Assembly: GCA_015064205.1 (NCBI GenBank)
Contig: SVSR01000001.1
Span: 55,840 to 119,839 of the forward strand
Direction: 5' to 3'
Length of the DNA stretch: 64,000 bases
Source of the DNA: Oscillospiraceae bacterium
Lineage (GTDB): Bacteria > Bacillota > Clostridia > Oscillospirales > CAG-272
In this document: positions 47,863 through 58,272 of the stretch, piece after piece
How positions within the stretch are numbered: the first letter of the stretch is position 1
Layout: every line of letters starts with the position of its first letter
Program-made: the position numbers and the translations under genes
The notes under the pieces: generated by a model
The model's database searches: none
Told to the model about the DNA's origin: nothing
Seen by the model: only the letters and a program-made list of their open reading frames with translations

Positions 47863-48792
47863 ATGGAATGGACACAGCTGAAGGTAACTGTCAATATAGA
47901 AAAGCTGGACGAAACCGCGGCAGTTATGGGTATGCTTGACAACGGTCTTATGATCGAGGATTACAGCGATATAGAAACAAATCTTAAAACTGTGTATGGG
48001 GATCTTATAGACGAATCTATACTCAATGCGGACAAAAGTCTTGCATCGGTATCAATATACGTGCCCGAAGAAAAGAACTACAACGATTACATTGCATTTT
48101 TGAAGGAAAGATTTGAAGCGCTTTCGATAGACGCAAAGATTGAGCTTATAGGTCTTGACGAGGAAGAATGGTCAACGGCGTGGAAAAAGTATTATAAGCC
48201 GATAAACGTTAGTGACAGGCTTGTTATCGTTCCAATGTGGGAGGATTATGAGGCGAAAAACGGCGAAGTGATCGTAAAGATGGATCCCGGAATGGCATTT
48301 GGAACGGGAACACACGAAACGACAAGACTTGTTGCAGGGCTTATAGAAAAGTACATGAAGGTTGGCGACTGTGTTCTTGACGTTGGTACGGGAAGCGGAA
48401 TTTTGTCGATATGCGCGGCAAAGCTGGGAGCTTCACGATGCGCGGCCTATGATATAGATCCTGTGGCTGTCAGAGTTGCTTGTGAAAACTGCGAAAAGAA
48501 TGGCTGCAGTGATATAATCAAGTGCGGGGTGTCCGATCTCCTTAAAGACGTTGAAGTACCTGTGGGCGGATTTGATTTTGCTGTTGCAAATATCGTTGCC
48601 GACATAATTATAAGGCTTTCTCCCGATATAGGTGCATGCCTTAAGGACGGAGCATTTTATATAACTTCGGGCATAATAGAAGAGCGTGAACAAGACGTGC
48701 TCGATGCTATGAAGAATGAAGGATTTGCGCCTGTAGAAACCGTGCGTGAAAACGGATGGTGCGCTATCGTCTTTCAAAAAAAGAATAAATAA
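47863..48792 (+). CDS. prmA: Ribosomal protein L11 methyltransferase
   Basis: 309 aa. DPGMAFGTGTHETT and LDVGTGSGILS. Confidence 0.93.
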   Translation: MEWTQLKVTVNIEKLDETAAVMGMLDNGLMIEDYSDIETNLKTVYGDLIDESILNADKSLASVSIYVPEEKNYNDYIAFLKERFEALSIDAKIELIGLDEEEWSTAWKKYYKPINVSDRLVIVPMWEDYEAKNGEVIVKMDPGMAFGTGTHETTRLVAGLIEKYMKVGDCVLDVGTGSGILSICAAKLGASRCAAYDIDPVAVRVACENCEKNGCSDIIKCGVSDLLKDVEVPVGGFDFAVANIVADIIIRLSPDIGACLKDGAFYITSGIIEEREQDVLDAMKNEGFAPVETVRENGWCAIVFQKKNK

Positions 48793-48800
48793 TGAATAAA

Positions 48801-48848
48801 ATTACCGCCGTTTTGGTTAAAATACTCGAACGACGGCAATTTTTTTTA
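48801..48848 (+). terminator. Imperfect rho-independent terminator after prmA
   Basis: ATTACCGCCGTT...AACGACGGCAAT (two mismatches) followed by T8. Confidence 0.6.
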
Positions 48849-48867
48849 TGAAATTTGTCGAAATTAT

Positions 48868-48896
48868 TTGACAAATTGACGATAATATAGTATAAT
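48868..48896 (+). promoter_or_regulatory. Consensus sigma-A promoter of rsmE
   Basis: TTGACA (48868-48873), 17-nt spacer, TATAAT (48891-48896). Confidence 0.65.
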
Positions 48897-48937
48897 GTCA
48901 AAGTGAGGCAGAGTGCCGCAGAAAAGAGGTAGTTTGA

Positions 48938-49684
48938 TTGCCGCGTTTTTTTGTACCCGGTGAAAATATAGATAATACTCATATTCGTATCACCGGAAGC
49001 GACGCTTCTCATATTATGCGCTCCCTTCGTATGAAAAAGGGAGAGGGCATTACCGTTTGCGACATGCATTCTCTGGAATACGAGTGTGTTATTAAAGATT
49101 TTGAAAACGATACTGTTATTTTGGAAATAGTATCCGCAAATAAGGGAAATACTGAGCCGCCGTACATGCTGACTCTTTATCAGGCCCTGCCAAAAAACGA
49201 CAAAATGGAGTTTATAATCCAGAAGTCGGTTGAAGCGGGCGCATGCAGGATAGTTCCGTTTATAAGCGAGCGGTGTATATCCCGCCCCGATAAGAAGAGT
49301 GCACGATCAAAGGCTGAGAGATGGAATAAGATCGCTCTTGAAGCGGCGAAGCAGAGCGGGCGCGGAATCATCCCCGTTGTTGAAGACGTGTGCACGCTAA
49401 ACGAAGCTTTGAATGAGGCTGTAAAGGCAGATATCCCGATACTCTTTTATGAGGGAGATAATACACTCCCCTTAAAGGACGTTCTCGATAAATATACAGA
49501 TTTTGATAAAGAAGATATGAGCATATCCGTTATCATCGGATCAGAGGGCGGCTTCTCGCAGGGTGAGGTTGAGCTTGCCGGAAAATCCGGTATGATCATA
49601 GCAGGGCTTGGTCCGCGCATACTCAGATGCGAAACGGCTCCCATTGTGGCGCTTGGAGCAATATCGTATGCTCTTGAACTTTAA
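48938..49684 (+). CDS. rsmE: 16S rRNA (uracil1498-N3)-methyltransferase
   Basis: 248 aa with a TTG start. MPRFFV N-terminus and GSEGGFSQGEV near the C-terminus. Follows prmA as in the Bacillus dnaK locus. Confidence 0.9.
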   Translation: MPRFFVPGENIDNTHIRITGSDASHIMRSLRMKKGEGITVCDMHSLEYECVIKDFENDTVILEIVSANKGNTEPPYMLTLYQALPKNDKMEFIIQKSVEAGACRIVPFISERCISRPDKKSARSKAERWNKIALEAAKQSGRGIIPVVEDVCTLNEALNEAVKADIPILFYEGDNTLPLKDVLDKYTDFDKEDMSISVIIGSEGGFSQGEVELAGKSGMIIAGLGPRILRCETAPIVALGAISYALEL

Positions 49685-49711
49685 TAAAACAAAAATGATG
49701 CTTAGAAAGGT

Positions 49712-50473
49712 ATGGGCATAAAAGTGAAAAAGGCAAAGAAAGTGGTATCCCTAAAGGAAAGAGAATTAAGACGCAAGAGCGCGCAGGCAAGAGAAACCCT
49801 GCTTATGTATAAATTTGTGTTTGCCGCGATTGCAATGATCGTCGGAATAATGGCGGTTATGACTATAAGAAAGAACGGCGCGATCACGGTAGGCTTTCTT
49901 TTGAACGTACAGCTTCCGCTAACTATCGTGCTTGGGGTGCTCACCGTAGCAGCTATTGTATATTATATAATCAAAAGAAACAGCGATGAAAGCATGCGTG
50001 TGGTAACGAGCACGTCGCTTTTGGCGGTGTCGTTTGCGGCTTTCTGCCTGTCGGCATCGTACGGTTACATAGACGTTCTTTACGATACGTGGCGCATAGT
50101 TGCGATCGTAGTTCTTGCAGCGCTTTATTTTATCTACCATATATATGATACAGTATTTTTTGTAGTCAGCCTTCAGTGCTCTGTCGGCTTGCTTGCCGTA
50201 AATATTTTATCCAAGTCGTCATCTGGCGATGTATTTAGGATATTAGTTGGAATACTTACAATAGCCGTTTGCGTTATAGGCGCATACCTTGTGCTCAGAG
50301 CTATGAACAACACGTCGCTTATAAAGGATTATAAGCTTGTTATAATGAGTGCTATAATAATAGCAGGCGTGCTTCTTTCGCTCCTTATACCTATGATAAC
50401 GTCGTATGCAATTTTTGCTCTCCTTGCAGTTTACGTTATAATTGCCGTCATTTCTACCATAGAATTGATGTAA
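49712..50473 (+). CDS. Polytopic membrane protein, function unknown
   Basis: 253 aa. Basic N-terminus followed by about 7 hydrophobic segments. I recognise no family. Confidence 0.6.
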   Translation: MGIKVKKAKKVVSLKERELRRKSAQARETLLMYKFVFAAIAMIVGIMAVMTIRKNGAITVGFLLNVQLPLTIVLGVLTVAAIVYYIIKRNSDESMRVVTSTSLLAVSFAAFCLSASYGYIDVLYDTWRIVAIVVLAALYFIYHIYDTVFFVVSLQCSVGLLAVNILSKSSSGDVFRILVGILTIAVCVIGAYLVLRAMNNTSLIKDYKLVIMSAIIIAGVLLSLLIPMITSYAIFALLAVYVIIAVISTIELM

Positions 50474-50500
50474 AATTTATAAAAAAAATCAAAAAAACTA

Positions 50501-50529
50501 TTGAAAAATCACAAAAATTGTTGTAAAAT
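50501..50529 (+). promoter_or_regulatory. Candidate sigma-A promoter of the PucR-type regulator gene
   Basis: TTGAAA (50501-50506), 17-nt spacer, TAAAAT (50524-50529). Confidence 0.4.
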
Positions 50530-50573
50530 ATATTTAAAATAACAAATTTTTATGAATTGAAAGGAGGCGCCGT

Positions 50574-51659
50574 ATGTCGAACAGAATGTTTCAGGGAGTC
50601 ATTCATCAGATGAAAGAAGCTGTTGACCGTATCATCGGCGTTATCGACGAGAACGGAATAATCATTTCCTGCTCTGAGCTTGTGAAGATTGGAGAACCTC
50701 GTCAGGGAATACGTGATGAACTGAGCTACACGACAGACGCCATTGTATCGGGAGGATATACGTATCGTCCTATCGGAACGTCAGCTAAGGCGGAATATGT
50801 AGTTTTTGTTGAGGGAGAAGACAAGTTAGCCGATAAGATCTCAATGATCTTATCAATTTCTCTTTCAAATATAAAGAGCCTTTATGATGAAAAGTATGAT
50901 AAGAGTTCGTTTATAAAGAACATTATTCTTGATAACATACTTCCCAGCGATATATACATAAAGAGCAAAGAGCTTCATTTCAATTCAGACGTTGCCAGAG
51001 TTGTTTACCTTGTAAAATTCTACGGAAAGAGCGAGGTAAATCCTTTTGACATGGTTCAGAACATGTTCCCCGACAAGAACAAAGATTATGTTATAAGCGT
51101 TGGAGAGCATGATATCGTGCTTGTTAAGGAAATCAAGCAGAATTGTGATATTAAGGAAATAGAAAAGATCGCAAAGACAATATCGGATACGCTCAGCACG
51201 GAATTTTACACAAAGGTTTCGGTTGGTATAGGTACGGCAGTTGACAGTATAAAGGATCTTGCCCGCTCGTTCAAGGAAGCGCAGGTTGCACTTGAAGTCG
51301 GCAAGGTATTTGATACGGAAAAGAATATAATAAGCTATGAAAATCTCGGAATAGGAAGACTTATCTATCAGCTTCCCACAACGCTTTGCGAAATGTTTTT
51401 AGCTGAAGTGTTTAAGAAGGGTTCCCTTGAGTCTCTCGACCGCGAAACACTGACAACGATACAGTGTTTCTTTGAAAACAATCTTAACGTGTCGGAAACA
51501 TCAAGAAAGCTTTTCGTACACAGAAATACCCTTGTATACAGACTTGAAAAGATCAGAAAGCTCACCGGACTTGATCTGAGAGAATTCGAGCATGCGATAA
51601 CCTTCAAGGTTGCGCTTATGGTCAAGAAGTATCTCTCAAGTAAGCCGATAAAGTTTTGA
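50574..51659 (+). CDS. PucR/CdaR-family transcriptional regulator
   Basis: 361 aa. The C-terminal HTH LNVSETSRKLFVHRNTLVYRLEKIRKLTGLDLRE is typical of the PucR C-terminal HTH. Confidence 0.8.
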   Translation: MSNRMFQGVIHQMKEAVDRIIGVIDENGIIISCSELVKIGEPRQGIRDELSYTTDAIVSGGYTYRPIGTSAKAEYVVFVEGEDKLADKISMILSISLSNIKSLYDEKYDKSSFIKNIILDNILPSDIYIKSKELHFNSDVARVVYLVKFYGKSEVNPFDMVQNMFPDKNKDYVISVGEHDIVLVKEIKQNCDIKEIEKIAKTISDTLSTEFYTKVSVGIGTAVDSIKDLARSFKEAQVALEVGKVFDTEKNIISYENLGIGRLIYQLPTTLCEMFLAEVFKKGSLESLDRETLTTIQCFFENNLNVSETSRKLFVHRNTLVYRLEKIRKLTGLDLREFEHAITFKVALMVKKYLSSKPIKF

Positions 51660-51751
51660 CGGGTTTTCAACAATTTATAAAGAACAACGCCGGAGATAAG
51701 CTATTTTGCCATCCTTCGGCGATTCTTGTTCGATAACACGGAGATTTTAAA

Positions 51752-52429
51752 ATGATAGAATTCAGAAACGTCAAAAAGGTATATCCGAACGGGACGGTTG
51801 CGCTCGACGGTATCGATCTTAAAATAGATGATGGCGAGTTCGTTTTCATAGTTGGAGGAAACGGCTCGGGAAAAACTACTCTTACAAGACTTCTTATTAA
51901 GGAAGAAGAGATAACAAGCGGAGAGATAGTTGTAAACGGGCAGTCCCTATCTAAGCTAAGAAGCGGTCAGGTGCCTTATTACCGCCGCGGACTCGGAATG
52001 GTGTTCCAGGATTTCAAGCTTTTGGAGCAGAAGACTGTTTATGAAAACGTTGCTTTTGCAATGGACGTTATAGGAAAGTCGCCAAAAACTAAAAAGCTTA
52101 ATGTGAAAACAGCGCTTGAGCTTGTAAAGCTTGTTGATAAATGGCAGTGTATGCCTCACGAAATATCGGGCGGCGAGCAACAGAGGCTTGCGATTGCAAG
52201 AGCGTTCGTTAATGAGCCCAGTCTTATAATCGCCGATGAGCCCACGGGTAATATCGACCCTGAGATGAGCCGCGGCATAATGGAACTGCTTATCAAGATA
52301 AATCAGCAGTTTGACCGTACGATTATCGTTATAACGCATGAGGAAAAGTTTGTTAACTACTTCAAAAAGCGCGTTATCAGGATAGACGACGGAAAAATAA
52401 TAAGCGATAAAGTAGGAGGTATGATGTGA
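51752..52429 (+). CDS. ftsE: Cell division ATP-binding protein FtsE
   Basis: 225 aa. Walker A GGNGSGKTT, signature SGGEQQR and Walker B LIIADEPTG. Confidence 0.93.
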   Translation: MIEFRNVKKVYPNGTVALDGIDLKIDDGEFVFIVGGNGSGKTTLTRLLIKEEEITSGEIVVNGQSLSKLRSGQVPYYRRGLGMVFQDFKLLEQKTVYENVAFAMDVIGKSPKTKKLNVKTALELVKLVDKWQCMPHEISGGEQQRLAIARAFVNEPSLIIADEPTGNIDPEMSRGIMELLIKINQQFDRTIIVITHEEKFVNYFKKRVIRIDDGKIISDKVGGMM

Positions 52430-53313
52430 TGAGACCGGGATACTTTATCAAGGAAGCCTTCAAGGGCTTATGGCGCAACAAGCGATACAGTGTCGCAACG
52501 GTGCTGGTGCTTGTGGGTTGCCTTATAATGATAGGAAGCTCCTACATAATCTATGCAAACGTTGATTATAACATGGAAAAGCTTGGCCTTGCCAAGGAGA
52601 TCGTTATATTTATCGATTCAGAGAAGAGTGATGCTGAAGTAGCGGCTATTGGAGAGAGAATAGCGGCTCTTGACAACGTTGATGCGGATAATATTGAATT
52701 TATATCAAAAGAAGAAGCACTCAAAGAAGAGGCTAATAAGTACGCGCAGTACGGAAACCTTTTTGAGGTGCTTGAGGGAGACAACCCCCTGAGGGATTCT
52801 TATGTTATTCCGTATTTTACAAATGAGGGTGTTTCAACGCTTGTTTATCAGCTTAATCAGATAGACGGTGTTGTTAAAATAAACAACCGTCTTGACCTTG
52901 CGGACAATATAGAAAATCTTAAAAACGGTATACTCTTCGTACTTATAGTTTTCATGATAATTCTCGTAGTAGTTTGCGTATTTGTTATAGTAAATACTAT
53001 AGGACTTGCGGTTATGGCGCGCGCTGATGAAATAGTTATCATGAGATATATCGGAGCTACGGGGCGGTTTATAGCCATGCCTTTCATAATAGAGGGTATA
53101 ATTATAGGAGCGCTTTCAAGTATTATTGCATATTTCGCGCAGGCATTCATGTATAATTATATCATCGTTACGATAGGCGACAGTTTTTCTATAATAAATA
53201 CCTGCCCGTATTCATATGTACAGGGAACAATACTCACAGGCTTTATTGCAGCAGGACTTTTCTGCGGAATTGTAGGAAGTATCCTTTCCATGAGAAAATA
53301 TCTTAAAGCTTAA
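52426..53313 (+). CDS. ftsX: Cell division permease FtsX
   Basis: 295 aa. FIKEAFKGLWRNKRYS N-terminus, extracellular domain and a 3-TM FtsX domain. Overlaps ftsE by 4 nt. Confidence 0.9.
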   Translation: MMRPGYFIKEAFKGLWRNKRYSVATVLVLVGCLIMIGSSYIIYANVDYNMEKLGLAKEIVIFIDSEKSDAEVAAIGERIAALDNVDADNIEFISKEEALKEEANKYAQYGNLFEVLEGDNPLRDSYVIPYFTNEGVSTLVYQLNQIDGVVKINNRLDLADNIENLKNGILFVLIVFMIILVVVCVFVIVNTIGLAVMARADEIVIMRYIGATGRFIAMPFIIEGIIIGALSSIIAYFAQAFMYNYIIVTIGDSFSIINTCPYSYVQGTILTGFIAAGLFCGIVGSILSMRKYLKA

Positions 53314-53336
53314 CTTGAGCACGGAAGGAAATAAAA

Positions 53337-54542
53337 GTGAAAAACAGAAATACACAAAATGCGCATGCTCTAAGAAGACTTCAGTGTATTATCAGTATAT
53401 TTCTTGTAGTTGTTATGCTTATTACAGTAGCTGCTTCGCTTAAAGTTGAGGGGGCAAACTATTCGGATGCCAACGTGCAAAAGCTTGAAAACAGGCTTGC
53501 AGGTATCAAGAAAGAGATAAACTCGCTTAAAACTCAGATAAATTCAAACAAAAGCAGCCAGAGCGCAGCACTTGAAAATAAAAAATCGCTCGATCAGCAG
53601 ATAAAGCTCGCGCAGGATCAGATTGAGGTTACAGAGCAGCTTATCGAAACGCTTACGGTAAACATTTCCGTTAAGGAGATAGAGATTGCCGAAAAAAAGT
53701 CGGCATATGAGAAAAAGCTTGAAAATTTCAAAAAAAGACTCCGTATAAACTATGAGGAGGGCGAGATCAGTTATCTTGATATGATACTGGGTTCCAGCGG
53801 TCTTTCTGAATTTTTTGTTCAGATGGACCGTATCGGAAGCATGATAGAATACGATAATAAGATAATGACCACGATCGCCGATGATAAAGCGCTTCTTGAA
53901 AAAGAAAAGGCTGACTTTGAAACGACGCTTGCGTATCAGGTTTCATTAAAAGAAGAGCTTAAAGAAACAGAGGAAACACTTGCGCAACAGGCTGACGAAG
54001 CGGCAAATTATATTAACAGGCTGCTTGCAAGCGAAAGCGATTTCAAAAAGCAGCTTGCGGCAAAGGAAGCTGAGCGAGATGCGCTTGATAAAGAGATAGC
54101 CGATTACGTAAAACAGCTTCAGGCTCAGAATACAAAATACGTTGGGGGAGAGTTTATGTGGCCGGTGCCCACAACTCATACGTATGTGTCTTCGGAATGC
54201 GTGTGGAGAACCAGTCCTATTTCGGGAAGAAAAGAATTCCATAACGGTATAGACATTCCTGTTCCGTTTGGAACGGATATATACGCTTCAAACTCGGGTA
54301 CGGTTGTAAAAAGCCAGTGGCACAACAGTTACGGTTATTATGTAATGATCGATCATGGCGGCGGATATGCAACGCTTTATGCCCATAACAGTAAATTGCT
54401 CGTATCTGTAGGAGACGCGGTCAGCCGCGGTCAGGTTATTGCAAAGGCAGGTTCAACGGGCGATTCAACGGGTAACCACTGCCACTTCTCTATGTATGAA
54501 AACGGAGCTATAATAAATCCGAGAAAATATTTCCCGGCATAA
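53337..54542 (+). CDS. Coiled-coil M23 peptidase-domain protein (EnvC/PcsB-type FtsEX partner candidate)
   Basis: 401 aa with a GTG start. Signal/TM segment, about 230 aa of heptad-rich coiled coil, and a C-terminal M23 domain (HNGIDIPVPFGTDIYA, GNHCHF). Confidence 0.88.
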   Translation: MKNRNTQNAHALRRLQCIISIFLVVVMLITVAASLKVEGANYSDANVQKLENRLAGIKKEINSLKTQINSNKSSQSAALENKKSLDQQIKLAQDQIEVTEQLIETLTVNISVKEIEIAEKKSAYEKKLENFKKRLRINYEEGEISYLDMILGSSGLSEFFVQMDRIGSMIEYDNKIMTTIADDKALLEKEKADFETTLAYQVSLKEELKETEETLAQQADEAANYINRLLASESDFKKQLAAKEAERDALDKEIADYVKQLQAQNTKYVGGEFMWPVPTTHTYVSSECVWRTSPISGRKEFHNGIDIPVPFGTDIYASNSGTVVKSQWHNSYGYYVMIDHGGGYATLYAHNSKLLVSVGDAVSRGQVIAKAGSTGDSTGNHCHFSMYENGAIINPRKYFPA

Positions 54543-54567
54543 ATATCACAAAGGAAGAAAAAAACTT

Positions 54568-55764
54568 TTGAATAAGAAAATATCTATATCAACGATGCTT
54601 GTGGTTGTCGCGCTTGCGGTGCTTATCACGTTTCAGCTGACTTATATTACAGTAAATAATAAGTATGAAAAAGCATTAAACGAGATCAAGGACACCCAAT
54701 TGCTTTACGACAAGCTTGCATCGGTGGATTCCGCGTACAGAACCAATTACGTTGGAGAGATTGATGAAAATATGCTTGTTGACTCGGTGCTCAGGGGATA
54801 CGTTGCCGGCACGGGTGACAAATACGGAGCATATTTTAATAAAGATGAATTTGCAGAGATCGTAACCGATGCGAATGCCGAGTTTGTTGGAATCGGAATA
54901 AACGCGCTTTACGATTCGGATCATTCGGCAATTTATGTTGTAAACGCTATACCCGACTCTCCTGCTCTTGAAGCAGGGCTTAAATCAGGAGATCTGATAA
55001 CACACGTTGAGGGACTTTCGGTTGAGGACCTTGGATATTCAGCTGCTTTGTCCAAGATCAAGGGTGAAGAGAAAACCTATGCGGAATTTACCGTTCTTCG
55101 CGATGCAAGTTATATTGACTTTAAGATAGAGCGCAGAAAGGTTACTGATTATACCGTATACTCAAAACTATATTCAAATGATAAGAGTATAGGTATAGTG
55201 CAGATCCTTGAGTTTGACAACGGTACCCCGCAGCAGTTCAAGGCGGCTGTTAAAGAGCTTATGGGCAAAGGCGTAAGTAAGCTTGTATTTGATGTAAGAA
55301 ACAATCCCGGCGGAAATCTTGAGGCCATTGAAGAGGTTCTTGATTATCTCTTGCCTGAGGGAACTATAATACGTATATACGATGCGGCAGGTAATGAAGA
55401 AACGCTCGCATCCGATGCAGAATGTATAGACCTTCCCATGATGGTACTGGTGAACTCGAACACAGCAAGTGCGGCAGAGCTTTTCTCAAGCGCTCTTCGT
55501 GATTACGGCAAGGCAAAGCTTATAGGTGAAACTACTTACGGCAAAGGAACGATGCAGACGATACTTCCTCTGTACGACGGCTCGGCAATAAGCGTATCGC
55601 AGAGCATGTATGCGCCCCCCGTATCAGATAATTACGAGGGTGTGGGACTAAAGCCCGATATAATAGTCAAGCTTGCCGATGAGGTTAAAGATAAATCACT
55701 ATTCTTGCTTGGTGAGCAGGAAGATGCACAGCTTTTAGCAGCAATCAAAGAATTTTCAAAATAA
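54568..55764 (+). CDS. S41 family C-terminal processing peptidase
   Basis: 398 aa with a TTG start. PDZ domain (PDSPALEAGLKSGDLITHVEG) and catalytic region (NSNTASAAELFSSAL...TYGKG). Confidence 0.9.
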   Translation: MNKKISISTMLVVVALAVLITFQLTYITVNNKYEKALNEIKDTQLLYDKLASVDSAYRTNYVGEIDENMLVDSVLRGYVAGTGDKYGAYFNKDEFAEIVTDANAEFVGIGINALYDSDHSAIYVVNAIPDSPALEAGLKSGDLITHVEGLSVEDLGYSAALSKIKGEEKTYAEFTVLRDASYIDFKIERRKVTDYTVYSKLYSNDKSIGIVQILEFDNGTPQQFKAAVKELMGKGVSKLVFDVRNNPGGNLEAIEEVLDYLLPEGTIIRIYDAAGNEETLASDAECIDLPMMVLVNSNTASAAELFSSALRDYGKAKLIGETTYGKGTMQTILPLYDGSAISVSQSMYAPPVSDNYEGVGLKPDIIVKLADEVKDKSLFLLGEQEDAQLLAAIKEFSK

Positions 55765-55791
55765 TAACAAACCAAAAGGAGATAAATAAAA

Positions 55792-56271
55792 ATGGCGAAC
55801 ATGATGACAGTTACAACAGACGGATTTAAAAAGCTTGAGGCTGAGCTTTCATTCCTTGTAAACACAAAGCGTGAGGAAGTAAAGGAAGCAATAGCCGTTG
55901 CAAGATCGTTTGGTGACCTTTCGGAAAACAGTGAATACGATGAAGCAAAGAACGAGCAGGCAAAGGTTGAGGCAAGAATTGCCGAGCTTGAAGAAATACT
56001 CAAGAACGTTACGGTTATTGACGAAAGCTCTATAAGCACCGACGTTGTTGGACTTGGAACAAAGGTGAAAATACGCGACGTTGAATACGGCGATGAAGAG
56101 GATCTTTCCATTGTAGGCTCAAATGAGGCAGAATCCCTTGCCGGTAAGATATCAGACCTGTCACCTTTAGGCGTTGCCCTTATAGGCAAGAAGATCGGCG
56201 ATGTTGTAACGGTTGAAGCTCCCTCGGGTTCTTACGAAGTAGAAATACTTGATATTTCGCTCGATAAATAA
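55792..56271 (+). CDS. greA: Transcription elongation factor GreA
   Basis: 159 aa. FGDLSENSEYDEAK and SPLGVALIGKKIGD. Confidence 0.95.
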   Translation: MANMMTVTTDGFKKLEAELSFLVNTKREEVKEAIAVARSFGDLSENSEYDEAKNEQAKVEARIAELEEILKNVTVIDESSISTDVVGLGTKVKIRDVEYGDEEDLSIVGSNEAESLAGKISDLSPLGVALIGKKIGDVVTVEAPSGSYEVEILDISLDK

Positions 56272-56283
56272 ATTATATAAAAT

Positions 56284-56314
56284 AAAAAGGCGTCGTGTGA
56301 CGCCTTTTTATTTT
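56284..56314. terminator. Bidirectional terminator between greA and the SGNH gene
   Basis: AAAAAGGCGTC-GTGT-GACGCCTTTTT flanked by A- and T-runs. Confidence 0.85.
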
Positions 56315-58196
56315 ACCATACAAGCAGTGCCGTAATTATATAAGGAGCATTTATGTTGTTTATGCTAACGTTCATTGTCAGCGTATGTTCTCCTGGCTCT
56401 TGTGAAATGTCCGTTGCAAGTAACAGCGGATGATAACCGCGCTGATTCTGAATCCGCTCGTGATCTGAGTCTATCTTATATATAAGTCTGTTTTCCGATC
56501 CGTATTCCGCAAAGAGAGCAACATTGTTTCCTGTAAACTTTAATTTTATCTGATTGTTTTCAGATGTGGGATAGATATATCCGCTATAAGGATTTGCCGT
56601 TTTCCAATAAGACTCATTTGAGAAAGCAAAATTTTTGTTTTCGATAATATCAAGCTCGTTTGCATAGTATATTTTTGGAGCAAATTCAACTGTTGTAAGC
56701 TTTGGAGGCAGCTCCTGTATGTTCGGCTGCGTTGTGAAAGATGCGCCGTATACAAGCTGTGTTTCAAAGAATTCTTTTATTATATCAAAATAAAGAGCGT
56801 ACCCCGAGTCTGTAGGATGTACTATGTCTATAAAGTATTTCGCCCATTCGCTGTCATTGGTATAGTCAAAAGCTTCGGCAATTGAGCCTGCGAGATTTAT
56901 TGAGGGGATCTTGTAATATGCGGCGATCTCTTCTGCGGCAAGTGCCTGATCGTACAAGGCGGTTGCATTTTCGCGTATATGCGTCTGATCGGTAGGGTAG
57001 AGCATTACTATCTCGCAGTCGGGTGAACTTTCCTTTATCTGCCTTATAATGCTTTCGTAATAAACTTTGGCATTATCGTAGGTTGTAGAAGAATATACGT
57101 CGTTTATGGAAAACTCAATAAAAACGAGGTCGGGATCAAGTGCACATACGTCGTGTACGCACCTGAAAGCACCAAGCATAGAACCGCCTGCGCTTATTGT
57201 GCTGTTAAAATGGGTAATATCAGCGTTTGGAAAGGTATCGTCAAGCCATTTGGACATTAGTGCGCGCATTGATGATTCTTCGCTGTTTTTTGAACCGTAT
57301 CCGGAACTTACAGAAGAGCCGAAATATACGACGGTTAATTTGTTTTCTTTAGTTAGTTTATAGTAAGAATTGTAAAGAGGGGTTCTGTTATTTAGATATT
57401 CAGAATAGCTAAGCGGCAGAGCTTTAAGCTTGCCCGAAAATTCATCTCCGTCGTTAAGGGTTGTTTTTGTTGTAAGAAGTGTGCCCGTAAACGTGTCTAT
57501 TGCTTCTTTTATCGTGTATGCGTTAGCACCGCTAAGAGTAATATCACCTGCTTTTACTTTTATAAGATAAGAGGCCGGCGCAAGAGAAGAGTCGCATCTG
57601 AGCATAACGTTAAGCGCACCGGCTTCTTCGCGCAGGCTGTACCCGGTAAGACTTGTAAAGCTTTCTGTAAAATAATCTTTGAGGTGATCGAAGGACTCGT
57701 CTGTTGCAGTTGATATTACGTTGAAGCTTCGGATATTTGTTCCTGACACCTTAAGACTTTTTATTTTGTAATCGTGCTTATAATTATAATTCTTTAAATT
57801 TGAGAGTTTATCGCTTTTAAAACAGTCTATTACATAATTTACGGCATTTGCGGTCGCTTGAGGGCTGCCGCCGCAAATTATTACCTTCTCATTTTCATAT
57901 TTCACCGTATAATCAAGGCTTAACAAAGAACTTCCGGCTATCTGAGACTCTGTTCTGCCGGTATTTCCTATAAGTATTTCCTTTTTTGTTACATCCGGTG
58001 CCAACATGTCTGATGCCAGAACTATATCAGGCACATATGAATGTAATTTTTCAGCTGCTTTTGAAACGATTTCTCCGTCTTTTTCAGCATATATGATTTT
58101 ATATTCGGAAATATCAATTTTCTGCGAATTACACGAGCATAAGACTAGAGATAGAAATATAAGCAGTAAAACTGCAGTTAATAGTTTTTTGTTCAT
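56313..58196 (-). CDS. SGNH/GDSL-type hydrolase lipoprotein with large N-terminal extension
   Basis: 627 aa. Lipobox LVLCSC. Block I-like VVYFGSSVSSGYG, block III FIEFSINDV and block V DIVHPTDSGY. The roughly 270-aa N-terminal region is not recognised. Confidence 0.75.
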   Translation of the reverse strand: MNKKLLTAVLLLIFLSLVLCSCNSQKIDISEYKIIYAEKDGEIVSKAAEKLHSYVPDIVLASDMLAPDVTKKEILIGNTGRTESQIAGSSLLSLDYTVKYENEKVIICGGSPQATANAVNYVIDCFKSDKLSNLKNYNYKHDYKIKSLKVSGTNIRSFNVISTATDESFDHLKDYFTESFTSLTGYSLREEAGALNVMLRCDSSLAPASYLIKVKAGDITLSGANAYTIKEAIDTFTGTLLTTKTTLNDGDEFSGKLKALPLSYSEYLNNRTPLYNSYYKLTKENKLTVVYFGSSVSSGYGSKNSEESSMRALMSKWLDDTFPNADITHFNSTISAGGSMLGAFRCVHDVCALDPDLVFIEFSINDVYSSTTYDNAKVYYESIIRQIKESSPDCEIVMLYPTDQTHIRENATALYDQALAAEEIAAYYKIPSINLAGSIAEAFDYTNDSEWAKYFIDIVHPTDSGYALYFDIIKEFFETQLVYGASFTTQPNIQELPPKLTTVEFAPKIYYANELDIIENKNFAFSNESYWKTANPYSGYIYPTSENNQIKLKFTGNNVALFAEYGSENRLIYKIDSDHERIQNQRGYHPLLLATDISQEPGEHTLTMNVSINNINAPYIITALLVW

Positions 58197-58272
58197 GCTT
58201 TTCTCCGTTTTAAGGTTTTTACCACGAACATTTTAACATAATAGCAAAAAAAAGTCAAGTTTTGTCACTAAA

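Noticed and set aside
48852-48877. An inverted repeat AATTTGTC-N10-GACAAATT overlapping the -35 of the rsmE promoter, as a possible operator.
   Set aside because: The arms are only 8 bp and are made of AT-rich sequence that includes the TTGACA box itself. This is easily explained by chance.
55632-56189. A 185-aa ORF antisense to greA and the S41 protease 3' end.
   Set aside because: Shadow ORF with an S/T-rich low-complexity product.
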